Assembly (NCBI GenBank): GCA_051418015.1 | Contig: JBPRGF010000033.1 | Span: 128,001-192,000 of the forward strand | Reading direction: 5' to 3' | DNA length: 64,000 bases | Source of the DNA: Candidatus Nitrospinota bacterium M3_3B_026 | GTDB lineage: Bacteria; Nitrospinota_A; UBA7883; JBPRGF01 | Shown: positions 48,865 through 57,622 of the stretch, piece by piece | How the letters are laid out: every line of letters begins with the position of its first letter | How positions within the stretch are numbered: position 1 is the first letter of the stretch | Translations under genes and position numbers: made by a program | Notes under the pieces: generated by a model | Told to the model about the DNA's origin: nothing | The model's input: the letters and a program-made list of their open reading frames with translations, nothing else | The model's database searches: none

Positions 48865-49674
48865 ATGCCCTCCCCCCTGGGAGTCATCGCCGGGAAAGGA
48901 GACCTCCCCCGCCTTTTGGTCCGCGAAGCGAAGTCGGCCGGGAGAAAGGTCGCCGCCATCGCTTTCGACAAAGACTCCGGCGCTGCGCTTTTGGGGTTGG
49001 CGGATGAGACGAACGTGGTGGGCCTGGGGCAGGCGGGCAGGGCGATAGACACCCTCAAGCGCTCGGGCGCCGTGGAAGTGGTTTTCGTGGGGAAGGTGGA
49101 CAAGCGCGTCCTTTTCAAAAACCCCAGGCTGGACCTGAAAGCCGTCTCCATTATGAGAAAGCTGAAGGGGGGCGCTGACGACGACATAATGATAGGGATA
49201 GCCGGCGAGCTTGAAAGGGAGGGGTTCAAAGTCATAAGCCAGGCGGATATCCTGAAGAAGCTGATGCCCGGCCCGGGGACGCTGTCCAGGCGGGAGCCGA
49301 GGGAGAAGGAATGGGGAGACATAAGGTTCGGGATGAAAATGGCCAGGGGGATAGCCGGGCTTGATATCGGGCAGACCGTTGTCGTCCGGGATGGGGCCGT
49401 TCTGGCCGTGGAGGCGATAGAGGGGACCGACGAGGCGATCGGACGCGGCGGCGGCATAGCCGGCAAGGGCGCGGTGGTCTGCAAAGTGAGCAAACCCAGC
49501 CAGGACCCGCGTTTCGACGTCCCCACAGTGGGGGTGAAGACCATCGAGGCTATGGTGAAGGTTCGGGCTTCCGTCCTGGCCATCGAGGCTGGCGCGACGG
49601 TGGTGGCCGGCATGGAGGAGACGGTCCGGCTCTGCGCCCGGAAGGGGATAGCCTTCGTCTCCGTACAGGTTTGA
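48865..49674 (+). CDS. lpxI: UDP-2,3-diacylglucosamine diphosphatase
   Basis: GVIAG.G.LP, DIGQTVVV, AVEAIEGTD, QDPRFDVPTVG. Confidence 0.93.
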   Translation: MPSPLGVIAGKGDLPRLLVREAKSAGRKVAAIAFDKDSGAALLGLADETNVVGLGQAGRAIDTLKRSGAVEVVFVGKVDKRVLFKNPRLDLKAVSIMRKLKGGADDDIMIGIAGELEREGFKVISQADILKKLMPGPGTLSRREPREKEWGDIRFGMKMARGIAGLDIGQTVVVRDGAVLAVEAIEGTDEAIGRGGGIAGKGAVVCKVSKPSQDPRFDVPTVGVKTIEAMVKVRASVLAIEAGATVVAGMEETVRLCARKGIAFVSVQV

Positions 49675-49684
49675 GAAAAATCCT

Positions 49685-51205
49685 ATGATCGATGAGCGCC
49701 GCTGGGCGTACCTGAGTTTTCTGGCCGTGGTGGGGTTCGCACTCTTCCGCGCCGCCGTGATGGGGACGACTGGCCTGGGGGACTCGGAGAGCTATTACTG
49801 GGCATGGTCACAGCGTCCAGCGTTGAGCTACTATGACCACCCGCCGATGGTCGCCTGGCTCATATGGCTGTCCACGAGCCTCGGCGGCCACACGCCCTTC
49901 CTGGTACGCCTGCCGTCGGTGATCCTGTTCACGGCTATGGGGTGGCTGCTTTACAGGCTTTCATACGACCTTTTCCGGGACGCGCGAGTGGGGTTTTACT
50001 CCATCCTCACGTTCAACCTGATCCCCGTATTCGCCATAGGCGCGATCCAGATGGTGCCGGACATACCCTCGGCGGTCTGCTTTACGGCGTACATCCTCAT
50101 TCTGAACAGGCTCCTCAGAAACGGCGGTCCCGGCTGGCTGTGGTACATCCTGGGCGTTCTGCTCGGCCTGGGGACGCTTTCGAAATACTTCGCCATCATG
50201 CTCGTCCCGGGGACTGTTATCCTGGCGGCCCTCGTTCCGGAGTACAGGTTCTGGTTCAGGCGGCCGGAGCCTTACATCATGGGAGTCATAGCCCTTTTCG
50301 TCTTTTCGCCCGTGCTTATATGGAACTATCAGAACGAATGGCCCTCGTTCAGGTTTCACCTTGCCGAGCGGCACGGCGGCGCGGGTTTCAACCTCAAAAA
50401 TCTCGGGCAGCTAGCGGGGGGGCAGCTTCTGTACGTAAACCCCCTGTACCTCGCCGGTCTTTTATGGGCCGTCTTCGCCGGGACGTGGCGCGCCATCGCC
50501 GAAGGGGACAGGCGATACGCCATCCTTGCCGCCTTTTCGGGCCCGGTTCTGCTGTTTTTCTACGCCGTGTGCGCCTGGACGAACGAGTCCGAGCCCCACT
50601 GGCCCGCGTTCGGCTACATAACGGCGATAGTGATGATGAGCGCGCTGGGGATAGACGCCTGGGAGCGATGGCGGCCCGAGGCGGCCGCGAGGCTTCGGGG
50701 ATGGTACATCGCCGCCACGGCTCTGGCGGCGGCGGCGTTCGCGCTCTTTTTCATACATGTCTACCATCCTATCCTGCCAATCAAGCCCAAGTACGACATC
50801 ACCAACGAGCTGTACGGCTGGGACAGGGTGGGGTCGAGGCTGGAGGATATCTATAGGAAAATTACGGAGGAGCAGAAAGAGCCCGCCTTTGCCCTTGCGC
50901 ATCACTGGGTTCTCTGCTCGCAGATGATGTTCTCCACCGGCGGGAGGATACCCGTCCATTGCATGAACGAGCGGACGGACCAGTTCGACTTCTGGGACGA
51001 CGAGAATGAACTTGTAGGCAAGACCGCCGTCGTTGTGACCGACCTGAGGTTCGACGAGATACCCCAGGAACTCTACAGGCTCAACGACGTGGAGAAGGTG
51101 GAGGACATAAGGGTCGAGAGGGGAGGGGAGGTGGTAAGAAAGTTTACCATCTGGATCGGAAGGGATTACACGGGGCTGCTGTCGAAGCCGCCGCCCGGAG
51201 GATAG
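49685..51205 (+). CDS. ArnT/PMT-like (GT-C) membrane glycosyltransferase
   Basis: ESYYW.W..YYDHPP, PD motif, LSKY, P.L.WN; many TMs. Confidence 0.85.
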   Translation: MIDERRWAYLSFLAVVGFALFRAAVMGTTGLGDSESYYWAWSQRPALSYYDHPPMVAWLIWLSTSLGGHTPFLVRLPSVILFTAMGWLLYRLSYDLFRDARVGFYSILTFNLIPVFAIGAIQMVPDIPSAVCFTAYILILNRLLRNGGPGWLWYILGVLLGLGTLSKYFAIMLVPGTVILAALVPEYRFWFRRPEPYIMGVIALFVFSPVLIWNYQNEWPSFRFHLAERHGGAGFNLKNLGQLAGGQLLYVNPLYLAGLLWAVFAGTWRAIAEGDRRYAILAAFSGPVLLFFYAVCAWTNESEPHWPAFGYITAIVMMSALGIDAWERWRPEAAARLRGWYIAATALAAAAFALFFIHVYHPILPIKPKYDITNELYGWDRVGSRLEDIYRKITEEQKEPAFALAHHWVLCSQMMFSTGGRIPVHCMNERTDQFDFWDDENELVGKTAVVVTDLRFDEIPQELYRLNDVEKVEDIRVERGGEVVRKFTIWIGRDYTGLLSKPPPGG

Positions 51206-51212
51206 GAGAGAC

Positions 51213-51503
51213 TCAGCCTCCTCCGTTGGTTTTTCCGGCCTTGATCTTGTATTCCGTCATTTTGCGCCGCAGGGTGTTCCTGTTCAGCCCCAGAAGGCGC
51301 GCCGCCTCCGTCTGGTTTCCCTGGGTTTCGTCCAAGGCCATTGTTATCAATGGTTTTTCGACCAGCGCCATGACCATTGGATAAAGCCCGCCGCCGTTTT
51401 CCATGTTTTTCATCCGGCCGATGAACTTCGACAGGTCGGTCCTTAGCGCTTCCTCGAAACAGGTTTTTATCTTCTTCGCCTCGCCCCGTGTCAAGTTACC
51501 CAT
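51213..51503 (-). CDS. fis: Fis-family DNA-binding protein
   Basis: LY..V...VEKPLI..AL..T.GNQ..AA.LLGLNRNTLR.K; 96 aa. Confidence 0.82.
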   Translation of the reverse strand: MGNLTRGEAKKIKTCFEEALRTDLSKFIGRMKNMENGGGLYPMVMALVEKPLITMALDETQGNQTEAARLLGLNRNTLRRKMTEYKIKAGKTNGGG

Positions 51504-51909
51504 GGCGCCGCATTGAAAATGGTGTGAAAAATAATTGCCCTGACCAGCCCATCGAAAGAATGCATCAGAACGCCGGATGAAGTCAATAGGCAAAAGTCCG
51601 CTTTCGAAAAAATTATTTTCACGAAGACTTGAACGGTGAATTGGTATCATAAGTGTAAAGAGTTTTTCGGGAGAATCCGCCGTAAAAAACAACGGCGAAA
51701 AGGAATGATCTTCCAAACGCGGGGTGGAAATGTTAGACTTTCCCGTACCCGGGTTCACCGGTGAGCCCGGAGCAAGGTTTTAAAGCCCTCTCGAAACCGC
51801 GAGTTTCCCATCCGAGGAGTTCGAAAAAGCAGGGGGCGCTTTTGATGACGGGGCCGGGCTTTGAGGCGCGGCTGTTTTTTCAACGATCATCGCCGGGATT
51901 TTTTGACGA

Positions 51910-52737
51910 ATGACGCTGACCGACGACACCGAGAAGCTCAAAGAGATAGCCAGGGAGCTCAGGATCGACATCCTGACCATGCTGGCCGAGGCCGGCTCCG
52001 GGCACACCGGCGGCTCCCTTTCCGCTATAGACATACTCACGGCCCTCTACTTTGGCCGAATGAAGCATAGCCCGAAGCTGGGCGGCGATGAGGACAGGGA
52101 CAGATTCGTGCTGTCCAAGGGTCACGGCGCCCCGGCCCTCTACGCCGTCCTGGCGCGGCTCGGTTATTTCGACAGGTCACACCTGCGCTCGCTGAGGAAG
52201 ATGAGCGGGATGCTCTCCGGCCACCCTTACGCCCCCTCAACGCCTGGCGTGGAAGTCTCCACCGGCTCGCTGGGCCAGGGGCTTTCCATAGCCAACGGCA
52301 TGGCCATCGCCGCCCGGCTCAATGGCTGGAATGGAAGGGTGTACTGCATGATCGGCGACGGCGAGAGCCAGGAGGGACAGATATGGGAAGCGGCGATGAC
52401 GGCCTCCCACTACGGGCTGGACAACGTGACCGCCATCCTGGACCATAACGAACTGCAGATAGACGGAGCCGTGAAGGATATCAAGAGCATAGAGCCGATC
52501 GGCGACAAGTGGAGAGCCTTCGGCTGGAACGTCACGGAGATAGACGGACACGACATGAGGTCCGTCCTCGACGCGATCGACCTGGCCGCGGCGTCCCGCG
52601 GGAAGCCCTCGTTCATCTGGGCGCACACGGTGAAGGGCAAGGGAGTTTCCTTCATGGAAGGCAAGGCCGGCTACCACGGCGTGGCGCCATCGAGCGAGGA
52701 GCTAGAGCGCGCGCTGGAGGAGCTTGCGGCGGCATGA
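51910..52737 (+). CDS. Transketolase N-terminal subunit
   Basis: GHTGGSLS, DRFVLSKGH, TGSLGQG, GDGE..EG.IWEA, TVKGKG. Confidence 0.93.
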   Translation: MTLTDDTEKLKEIARELRIDILTMLAEAGSGHTGGSLSAIDILTALYFGRMKHSPKLGGDEDRDRFVLSKGHGAPALYAVLARLGYFDRSHLRSLRKMSGMLSGHPYAPSTPGVEVSTGSLGQGLSIANGMAIAARLNGWNGRVYCMIGDGESQEGQIWEAAMTASHYGLDNVTAILDHNELQIDGAVKDIKSIEPIGDKWRAFGWNVTEIDGHDMRSVLDAIDLAAASRGKPSFIWAHTVKGKGVSFMEGKAGYHGVAPSSEELERALEELAAA

Positions 52738-53735
52738 AGACGAAGGAAATGCAGGCCAAAAAAGACGAAGCGGTCAAAAAATCCCTGAGGGACGCCTACG
52801 GGCAGACCCTGGCGGAGCTTGGCGGCTCCAACCCGGACATAGTCGTCCTGGACGCGGATCTTTCCAGCTCGACGAGGACGTCGATCTTTGCGAAAAAACA
52901 CCCCGGCAGGTTTTTCAACATGGGCGTATCCGAGCAGGACATGATGTCCACGGCCGCCGGCCTGGCCGTCTCCGGCAAGATACCCTTCGCCTCCACCTTC
53001 GCCATCTTTGCCAGCGGCAGGGCGTGGGACCAGGTTCGGCAGTCGATCTGCCTCTCCAACCTGAACGTCAAGATCGTAGCCTCCCACGGCGGCATAACCG
53101 TCGGCGAGGACGGCCCCACCCATCAGGCTCTGGAGGACATAGCCCTGATGCGGGTGATGCCGAACATGTCCGTCATAGTCCCCGCCGACGCCCACGAGAC
53201 CGCGGCGGTGATCCGCAAGCTGGCGGACACCCACGGCCCGTTCTACGTCCGCACCGCGCGGGAGAAGTTCCCCGTCCTGTTCGGGGAAGACAAAAAGTTC
53301 AGCATCGGCAAGGGCGACCTTCTGCGCCACGGGGCGGACGTGGCGATAATAGCCTGCGGATTGATGGTCCACCACGCCCTGGAGGCGGCCCAGCGGCTGG
53401 CCGAAAGGGGTGTCGAGGCGTCGGTGGTGAACATGTCCAGCATAAAGCCCATAGACAGGGAGCTGATAATCCAGATGGCCTCCACCGCCGGGGCCATCGT
53501 GACGGCCGAAGAGCATTCCGTCATCGGCGGGCTGGGAAGCGCCGTGGCGGAGGTCGTGTGTGAGAGCGGGCCCGCGCCGGTGGTGCGGGTCGGGATGAAG
53601 GACGGCTTCGGCAAGTCCGGCAAACCGGGCGAGCTTTTGAGCTTTTTCGGGATGAACGCGGATGCCATAGTGGAGGCCGCGGGCAAGGCGATTTCGCTCA
53701 AGGCGCCGCCGTTGCGGGACCTTGGTAGACACTGA
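52734..53735 (+). CDS. Transketolase C-terminal subunit
   Basis: DADL..ST, GVSEQ, GEDGPTHQ, EEHSVIGGLG. Confidence 0.93.
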   Translation: MKTKEMQAKKDEAVKKSLRDAYGQTLAELGGSNPDIVVLDADLSSSTRTSIFAKKHPGRFFNMGVSEQDMMSTAAGLAVSGKIPFASTFAIFASGRAWDQVRQSICLSNLNVKIVASHGGITVGEDGPTHQALEDIALMRVMPNMSVIVPADAHETAAVIRKLADTHGPFYVRTAREKFPVLFGEDKKFSIGKGDLLRHGADVAIIACGLMVHHALEAAQRLAERGVEASVVNMSSIKPIDRELIIQMASTAGAIVTAEEHSVIGGLGSAVAEVVCESGPAPVVRVGMKDGFGKSGKPGELLSFFGMNADAIVEAAGKAISLKAPPLRDLGRH

Positions 53736-53770
53736 TGATTAAAGGAGAGGAGCCTCGCTTCACATAGCCC

Positions 53771-55171
53771 ATGACTGAAAACAAAGAGACCGAAAAAACC
53801 AGCCCGGGCGCCGCCGAGGCGTCCAAAGGCGGCGCTTTCAGGATACCCGTCCGTCACGCCCTGGTGGCGTTTTTCCTCGCGTTCTTCCTCGGAATAGCCG
53901 CAGGCGCGGTGAAATCCAACACCGTCCTCGCTGTTGTGAAGACCTACGACGAGTTGGAGGTCTTCGCCGACGTACTCTCGCTGATCGAGACGAACTACGT
54001 GGAGGAGGTGGAGCCGAACAAACTGATCGAGGGGGCCATAAACGGCATGTTGCGGGCCCTTGACCCGCACTCCAGCTACATGACGCCGGAGATGTACAAG
54101 GAAATGCAGGTGGAGACCGAGGGCGAGTTCGGCGGCCTGGGTATAGAGATAACCATTCAGGACGGATGGCTGACGGTGGTCTCCCCCATGGAGGACACCC
54201 CGGCGTGGGAGGCCGGGATCGAGCCGGGCGACAAGATAATCAGGGTGGAGGGAGAGTCGACCCACGATATGACCCTTATGGAGGCCGTGCGCAAGATCAG
54301 GGGCAAGACCGGGACGGACGTCACCATCACCATCATGCGCGAAGGCTTCGAGGAGCCGAAAGATTTTACCGTGACCCGCCGGATCATCCACGTGAAAAGC
54401 GTAAGAAGCGATATGCTCGAAGACAGGTGGGGCTACGTGAGGATAAGAAACTTTTCCAAGGACACCGCCGATGAGCTCGACGAGGCCCTCGACGAGTTCA
54501 AAGAAAAGGGGATGCAGGGCCTCCTGCTCGACCTTCGCAACAATCCGGGCGGTCTTTTGAGCCAGGCCGTCGAGGTGGCGGACCAGTTCCTGGACAAGGG
54601 CGAGTTGATCGTCTACACCAAGGGCAGGCTTCCCAACCAGAACATGCGCTTCACCGCTAAGACGGAGCACGAGGAGCCCTATTACCCCGTGGTCGTCCTG
54701 GTCAACCATGGGTCGGCCTCGGCGTCGGAGATCGTCGCCGGAGCCCTGCAGGACCTGAAGAGGGCGCTTGTGGTGGGCATCGCCACCTTCGGCAAAGGCT
54801 CTGTGCAGACCATCATTCCCCTTAAGGGCGACGCCGCGCTGCGGCTCACCACGTCCAGGTACTACACCCCCTCCGGACGACAGATCCAGGAGGTGGGCAT
54901 AGAGCCGGACGTCGTGGTGGAGCAGGCTCCGCCGCCCGCTCCGTCGAGTAAACCAGAGCCGATGAAGGAGGAGGACCTTCTGAACCACCTGAGGGGGGCG
55001 CCGCCGGAGAAGAAGAAGGAGAAGGAGGCTGAGCCGGAGGCGAAAGAGCCGTCCAGCCGGAAGGTCGTTGACCTGGAGAAGGACGTCCAGCTTCGGCGCG
55101 CCCTTGCCATCCTGGAAAGCTGGAACAAAATCGACCAGATCCGCGAGCATCAGCGGGCCGTGACGAACTGA
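53771..55171 (+). CDS. ctpA: S41 carboxyl-terminal processing protease
   Basis: LDPHS, PDZ GGLGI, DLRNNPGG, SASASEI, TFGKGSVQ. Confidence 0.93.
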   Translation: MTENKETEKTSPGAAEASKGGAFRIPVRHALVAFFLAFFLGIAAGAVKSNTVLAVVKTYDELEVFADVLSLIETNYVEEVEPNKLIEGAINGMLRALDPHSSYMTPEMYKEMQVETEGEFGGLGIEITIQDGWLTVVSPMEDTPAWEAGIEPGDKIIRVEGESTHDMTLMEAVRKIRGKTGTDVTITIMREGFEEPKDFTVTRRIIHVKSVRSDMLEDRWGYVRIRNFSKDTADELDEALDEFKEKGMQGLLLDLRNNPGGLLSQAVEVADQFLDKGELIVYTKGRLPNQNMRFTAKTEHEEPYYPVVVLVNHGSASASEIVAGALQDLKRALVVGIATFGKGSVQTIIPLKGDAALRLTTSRYYTPSGRQIQEVGIEPDVVVEQAPPPAPSSKPEPMKEEDLLNHLRGAPPEKKKEKEAEPEAKEPSSRKVVDLEKDVQLRRALAILESWNKIDQIREHQRAVTN

Positions 55172-55208
55172 ACGTCCAACCCGGCGGGAATAGAAACGGG
55201 CGGCCTTT

Positions 55209-56192
55209 ATGAAAGGCTCCAGAACAGGGCGGGAAGGCGCCGGAAGGGGGCGCGGTTCCGGCCCGTTTTCCTTCCTATCGAAATACGGTTTCGAGATCAT
55301 CCTCGGCGTTGCGCTTTTCGCCCTGGCTGCCGGTGTTTGGCTGCTTCTGCCCGGCGACGAGGCGCGGCAGGAGGACCAGCACATAGAATCGGAAGTGGAC
55401 GAGGTCCGGCGGCCGGAGATGATAGTCGAGGAGAAGCTGGCCGCCATCCCGCCGGAGAAGGGCGTTGAAACGCCGCCGCTTCCCGCGTTCCCGGAGAAAC
55501 CCCGGATAGCCTTCATAATAGACGACCTCGGCGCGGAGCCGGAGGCGGCCGAACGGCTGATGGCTATCGACGCGCCTCTGGCGCTGTCCATACTGCCCGG
55601 CCAGAGGTTCTCGAAATCCATCGCCGAGAACGCCGCAAAGCGCGGCGTGGTGGTGATGGCGCATCTGCCCATGCAGCCAAAATCCAGCGAGACCGACCCC
55701 GGCCCGGGGGCGCTCACCGTCTCGCAGGACGCGGATATGATACTCAGAACGCTGAAAGCCGACATGGACGCGGTCCCCGGAGCCCTGGGCGTGAACAACC
55801 ACATGGGCTCGCTTTTCACCGAAGACAGGGAGAGGATGTCCATCGTGATGCGGGAGATAAAAAGGCGCGGGCTCTTCTTCATCGACAGCAGGACGACCGC
55901 CGGAACGGTGGCCTACGACGTCGCCGTGGAATATGGCGCCAGGGCGGCATCCCGCGACGTTTTCCTCGACAACGAAAGGGACGTGGACAAGATTTCCGGA
56001 CAGATAATAGCCCTGGCCGAGGAAGCGCTGGAAAAAGGGTCGGCCATCGGCATAGGCCACCCCTATCCGGAGACGATCGAGGCGCTGGAACGGACTATCC
56101 CCGTGGCGCGGGCCATGGGGGTGGAGATATCCCCCGTGACGGAGCTTTTGGGGCTCGGCGAACAGGCGGGGGCGGCGGTTAGCGCCCGTTGA
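55209..56192 (+). CDS. Divergent polysaccharide deacetylase (YibQ-like)
   Basis: IIDDLG, HLPMQP, NNHMGS, FIDSRT, RDVFLD, IGHP. Confidence 0.9.
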   Translation: MKGSRTGREGAGRGRGSGPFSFLSKYGFEIILGVALFALAAGVWLLLPGDEARQEDQHIESEVDEVRRPEMIVEEKLAAIPPEKGVETPPLPAFPEKPRIAFIIDDLGAEPEAAERLMAIDAPLALSILPGQRFSKSIAENAAKRGVVVMAHLPMQPKSSETDPGPGALTVSQDADMILRTLKADMDAVPGALGVNNHMGSLFTEDRERMSIVMREIKRRGLFFIDSRTTAGTVAYDVAVEYGARAASRDVFLDNERDVDKISGQIIALAEEALEKGSAIGIGHPYPETIEALERTIPVARAMGVEISPVTELLGLGEQAGAAVSAR

Positions 56193-56952
56193 CTTTCCAG
56201 TTGTAGCCCATGTAGACGACCGGGTTGTTTTCGTCCCTGACGAACGCCGCCCTGGCGGGGGAGAGGTAGCCTGCGATGAACCCTCTGACGCCGCCTCTCG
56301 ACTCAAAATCTCCGGCGAACCATTTGAAGATCGAGGACAGGCGCAAGGTCCCCGACGTTATGTCGATCCTCAATCCCTTGGCCTCGTTGGCCAGGAAAGC
56401 TTTGACCTGGTCGTCGAGCTGTTCGTCCAGCCGCGAGGGGTCGTAGGCCTTCCTCCGAAGGTCCGGGCAGGAGACGGAGGCGCAGACTATCGCCATGTGT
56501 ATCCTCGGGTCGCCGAGTTTTCTGAGGATGTCGTGTTCTATTTCATCGAGAGTGTAAACCCTGCCTCCGACGTAGCCAGCCGGCTTTCCCCACACCGGGC
56601 TGAACAAGCTTCCGATATCGCGGATGCTCTCCACGCCGGGGTGGTCTGTTATCATCTTCGCCGCGAAAATGTTGTAGACGTTTATCCAGAAGGCTTTCTG
56701 TTCATTCTGGTTTTCAAAGCGGGGCGTCCATTCCTCCAGCGCGGCGATGGTTTTCCTGAATCTTGGGTCGGCGGCGAGAGCTTTGTAATCGACAAGGCTC
56801 AGCGGCGCCCCGTCCTTCTCGCCGCGGCTGACGTGGTCTTTCAGGAGCCCGTCCCATCCGGAAAAGTTGAAAAACCCCGCGGAGGCCGGAAAGGCCGCCG
56901 ACGTGAAGAAAACCAGGGCCAGCGCCAGAGAGCGCCTCGTCATGGCGGGCAT
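56179..56952 (-). CDS. DUF547-domain exported protein
   Basis: VDY, AFWINVYN, LDEIEHDILR, DPRIH.AIVCASVSCP, S.IFKWF..DF, YNW. Confidence 0.88.
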   Translation of the reverse strand: MPAMTRRSLALALVFFTSAAFPASAGFFNFSGWDGLLKDHVSRGEKDGAPLSLVDYKALAADPRFRKTIAALEEWTPRFENQNEQKAFWINVYNIFAAKMITDHPGVESIRDIGSLFSPVWGKPAGYVGGRVYTLDEIEHDILRKLGDPRIHMAIVCASVSCPDLRRKAYDPSRLDEQLDDQVKAFLANEAKGLRIDITSGTLRLSSIFKWFAGDFESRGGVRGFIAGYLSPARAAFVRDENNPVVYMGYNWKVNGR

Positions 56953-56971
56953 GGGGCGGCTCCTCCCCGAG

Positions 56972-57493
56972 TCAGTCGTACTTGATGAGCGAATGGATAT
57001 CGTATTCCTTCAGCTTCTCCCTGCCCTTGAGCGAGACAAGCTCCACCATGAAGGCAATCTCCTGTATCTCGCCGCCCAGCCTGCGGACAAGACCCGCCGA
57101 CGCCTCCATCGTCCCCCCGGTGGCCAGAAGGTCATCCACCAGCACCACCTTTTGACCCGGCTCGATAGCGTCCTGGTGTATTTCGATCTCGTTCGAGCCA
57201 TACTCCAGGTCATAGGATATCTTGTGCGTCTTGTGGGGGAGTTTCCCCGGTTTGCGGATTATGACGACGCCCGCGCCGAGGGCGTAGGCCAACGCGGAGG
57301 CGACTATGAACCCCCGGGCCTCGACTCCCACGAAGATGTCGGGCCTTTTGTCGATGTATCGGTGGGCCAGGAGGTCCACGGCGCGGCGGAACGACCGGGC
57401 ATCGGAGAAAAGCGTGGTTATGTCGTAAAATAATATCCCCTCTTTGGGGAAATTCGGTATCTCCCTTATGACCTTCTTGATATCCTGAGGCAT
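56972..57493 (-). CDS. apt: Adenine phosphoribosyltransferase
   Basis: FPKEGILFYDIT, EARGF, RKPGKLP, VDDLLATGGT. Confidence 0.97.
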   Translation of the reverse strand: MPQDIKKVIREIPNFPKEGILFYDITTLFSDARSFRRAVDLLAHRYIDKRPDIFVGVEARGFIVASALAYALGAGVVIIRKPGKLPHKTHKISYDLEYGSNEIEIHQDAIEPGQKVVLVDDLLATGGTMEASAGLVRRLGGEIQEIAFMVELVSLKGREKLKEYDIHSLIKYD

Positions 57494-57589
57494 GGCTTCC
57501 TTTCTGTCGTTTGGCTGATTTAAAACACGCCGGACACCATAGATAAATACATTTCTATCCTGGTGTTGTCAACGTTCCGGCTCCCTGTC

Positions 57590-57598
57590 TGATATAAT
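57590..57598 (+). promoter_or_regulatory. Extended -10 promoter element for dsbD
   Basis: TGaTATAAT ending ~25 bp upstream of ATG 57623. Confidence 0.5.
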
Positions 57599-57622
57599 TT
57601 CATTTTTTCGCGATTTCTGGGT

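Noticed and set aside
51504..51758. N-terminal extension of Fis (181-aa ORF)
   Set aside because: AT-rich intergenic-like sequence; ATG 51503 gives a typical Fis size
53243..55882. 879-aa minus-strand ORF
   Set aside because: Antisense to tkt/ctpA/yibQ-like genes; no recognisable domain
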